Source of the DNA: Antedon mediterranea
Taxonomy: Eukaryota > Animalia > Echinodermata
NCBI RefSeq assembly: GCF_964355755.1
Contig: NC_092670.1
Location: 34,026,388-34,090,387, forward strand
Direction: 5' to 3'
Length of the DNA stretch: 64,000 nucleotides
Shown: positions 63,354 through 64,000 of the stretch, piece after piece
How positions within the stretch are numbered: the first letter of the stretch is position 1
Layout: the number at the start of each line of letters is the position of its first letter
The notes under the pieces: model-generated
What the model was told of the DNA's origin: nothing
The model's database searches: none
Seen by the model: only the letters and a program-made list of their open reading frames with translations
Position numbers and translations under genes: made by a program

Positions 63354-63419
63354 CCAACCTAGTTGACGTTGCCAAAAATGCGAGAGCTGTCTTTTTTAGC
63401 GGGGCTAGCGTTCAACATT

Positions 63420-63715
63420 CGATTCAGTTAGTAGTAGCATGAGTTTGTGTTGGTTGAATGGAAGTATATACTGTCAGGTGCGGCCTCGTCGAATACAGCA
63501 CTGTGAACAGATCCTAACTCATGAAATTCTACCCATTCTACTCATAAATATTCCATATTATTGTTTACGAATAAAATATTTTCCATAGTAGGCCTACACT
63601 TTTCATAGCGTTAGATGAGCACAGTTGGAGGGCAGTCCTTCCATAAGTTCGCGCGTATTATGTGCACTGTCTCGATCGTTTAAATGTAGATTTTGTTTAA
63701 CTCGTTCCAAAACAT
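63420..63715 (-). pseudogene. Possible highly degenerate P450 K-helix-region exons
   Basis: LNDRDSAHNTRELMEGL resembles L.DR..LPYT.A.L.E..R; a downstream AG-GSVHSAVFD segment resembles .PH.A..D; same strand as, and upstream of, the heme exon. Weak. Confidence 0.35.
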
Positions 63716-64000
63716 GGTAGAGCGCCCTCAAAGCCTGCAAAAGTGCAGTAGGTCTTTTTGCGGGAGATTTCATTTTAGAAAGATTTAGTAAATTCAAAAA
63801 TTCATTTTTTAATTCGTTTTTTAACACAATTTGTGTTTACACAAAAAAAAATGTCCCTCCTCGTGTGTCCCTTAATAGTAGCGTTTTTAGGTAGGCCTAT
63901 ATCTGCATCGGTCCCTTTTTAAAACAAACTTAGATTTCCTCCGCTCAGTATTTTATTTGGCATTGTATTATTATATTTGGCTTAATGCAATATTTCATTT

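Overview
AT-rich, intron-containing animal genomic DNA; the HYR and PAN exons and the repeat repertoire suggest a marine invertebrate such as an echinoderm (inference). Host genes on the minus strand: a complete 8-exon OATP/SLCO transporter (42735->31378, 719 aa as spliced by hand); a 7-exon in-frame multicopper-oxidase homologue (54452->49911, 5' exon not found) that has lost the type-1 Cys and 4 of 10 copper His ligands; cytochrome P450 relics; and a HYR exon with an in-frame stop. On the plus strand there is a PAN/Apple-like terminal exon. Most of the rest is transposon-derived: hAT, MULE, Harbinger and Tc1-type MITEs, Helitron and Helentron-type elements, CR1/L2 LINEs, a solo LTR, SINEs, and two Penelope-like elements (PLEs) with hammerhead ribozymes. 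The most unusual region is a (TA)n-anchored nest at 10.6-22.6 kb. There, two unrelated ~310-370 bp repeat families each carry an internal, terminator-followed tRNA cloverleaf, and both show the same tandem, 5'-inverted, (TA)n-ended architecture as the adjacent PLE. They are candidate tRNA-bearing non-autonomous retroelements. All calls were made by eye, with no database searches.
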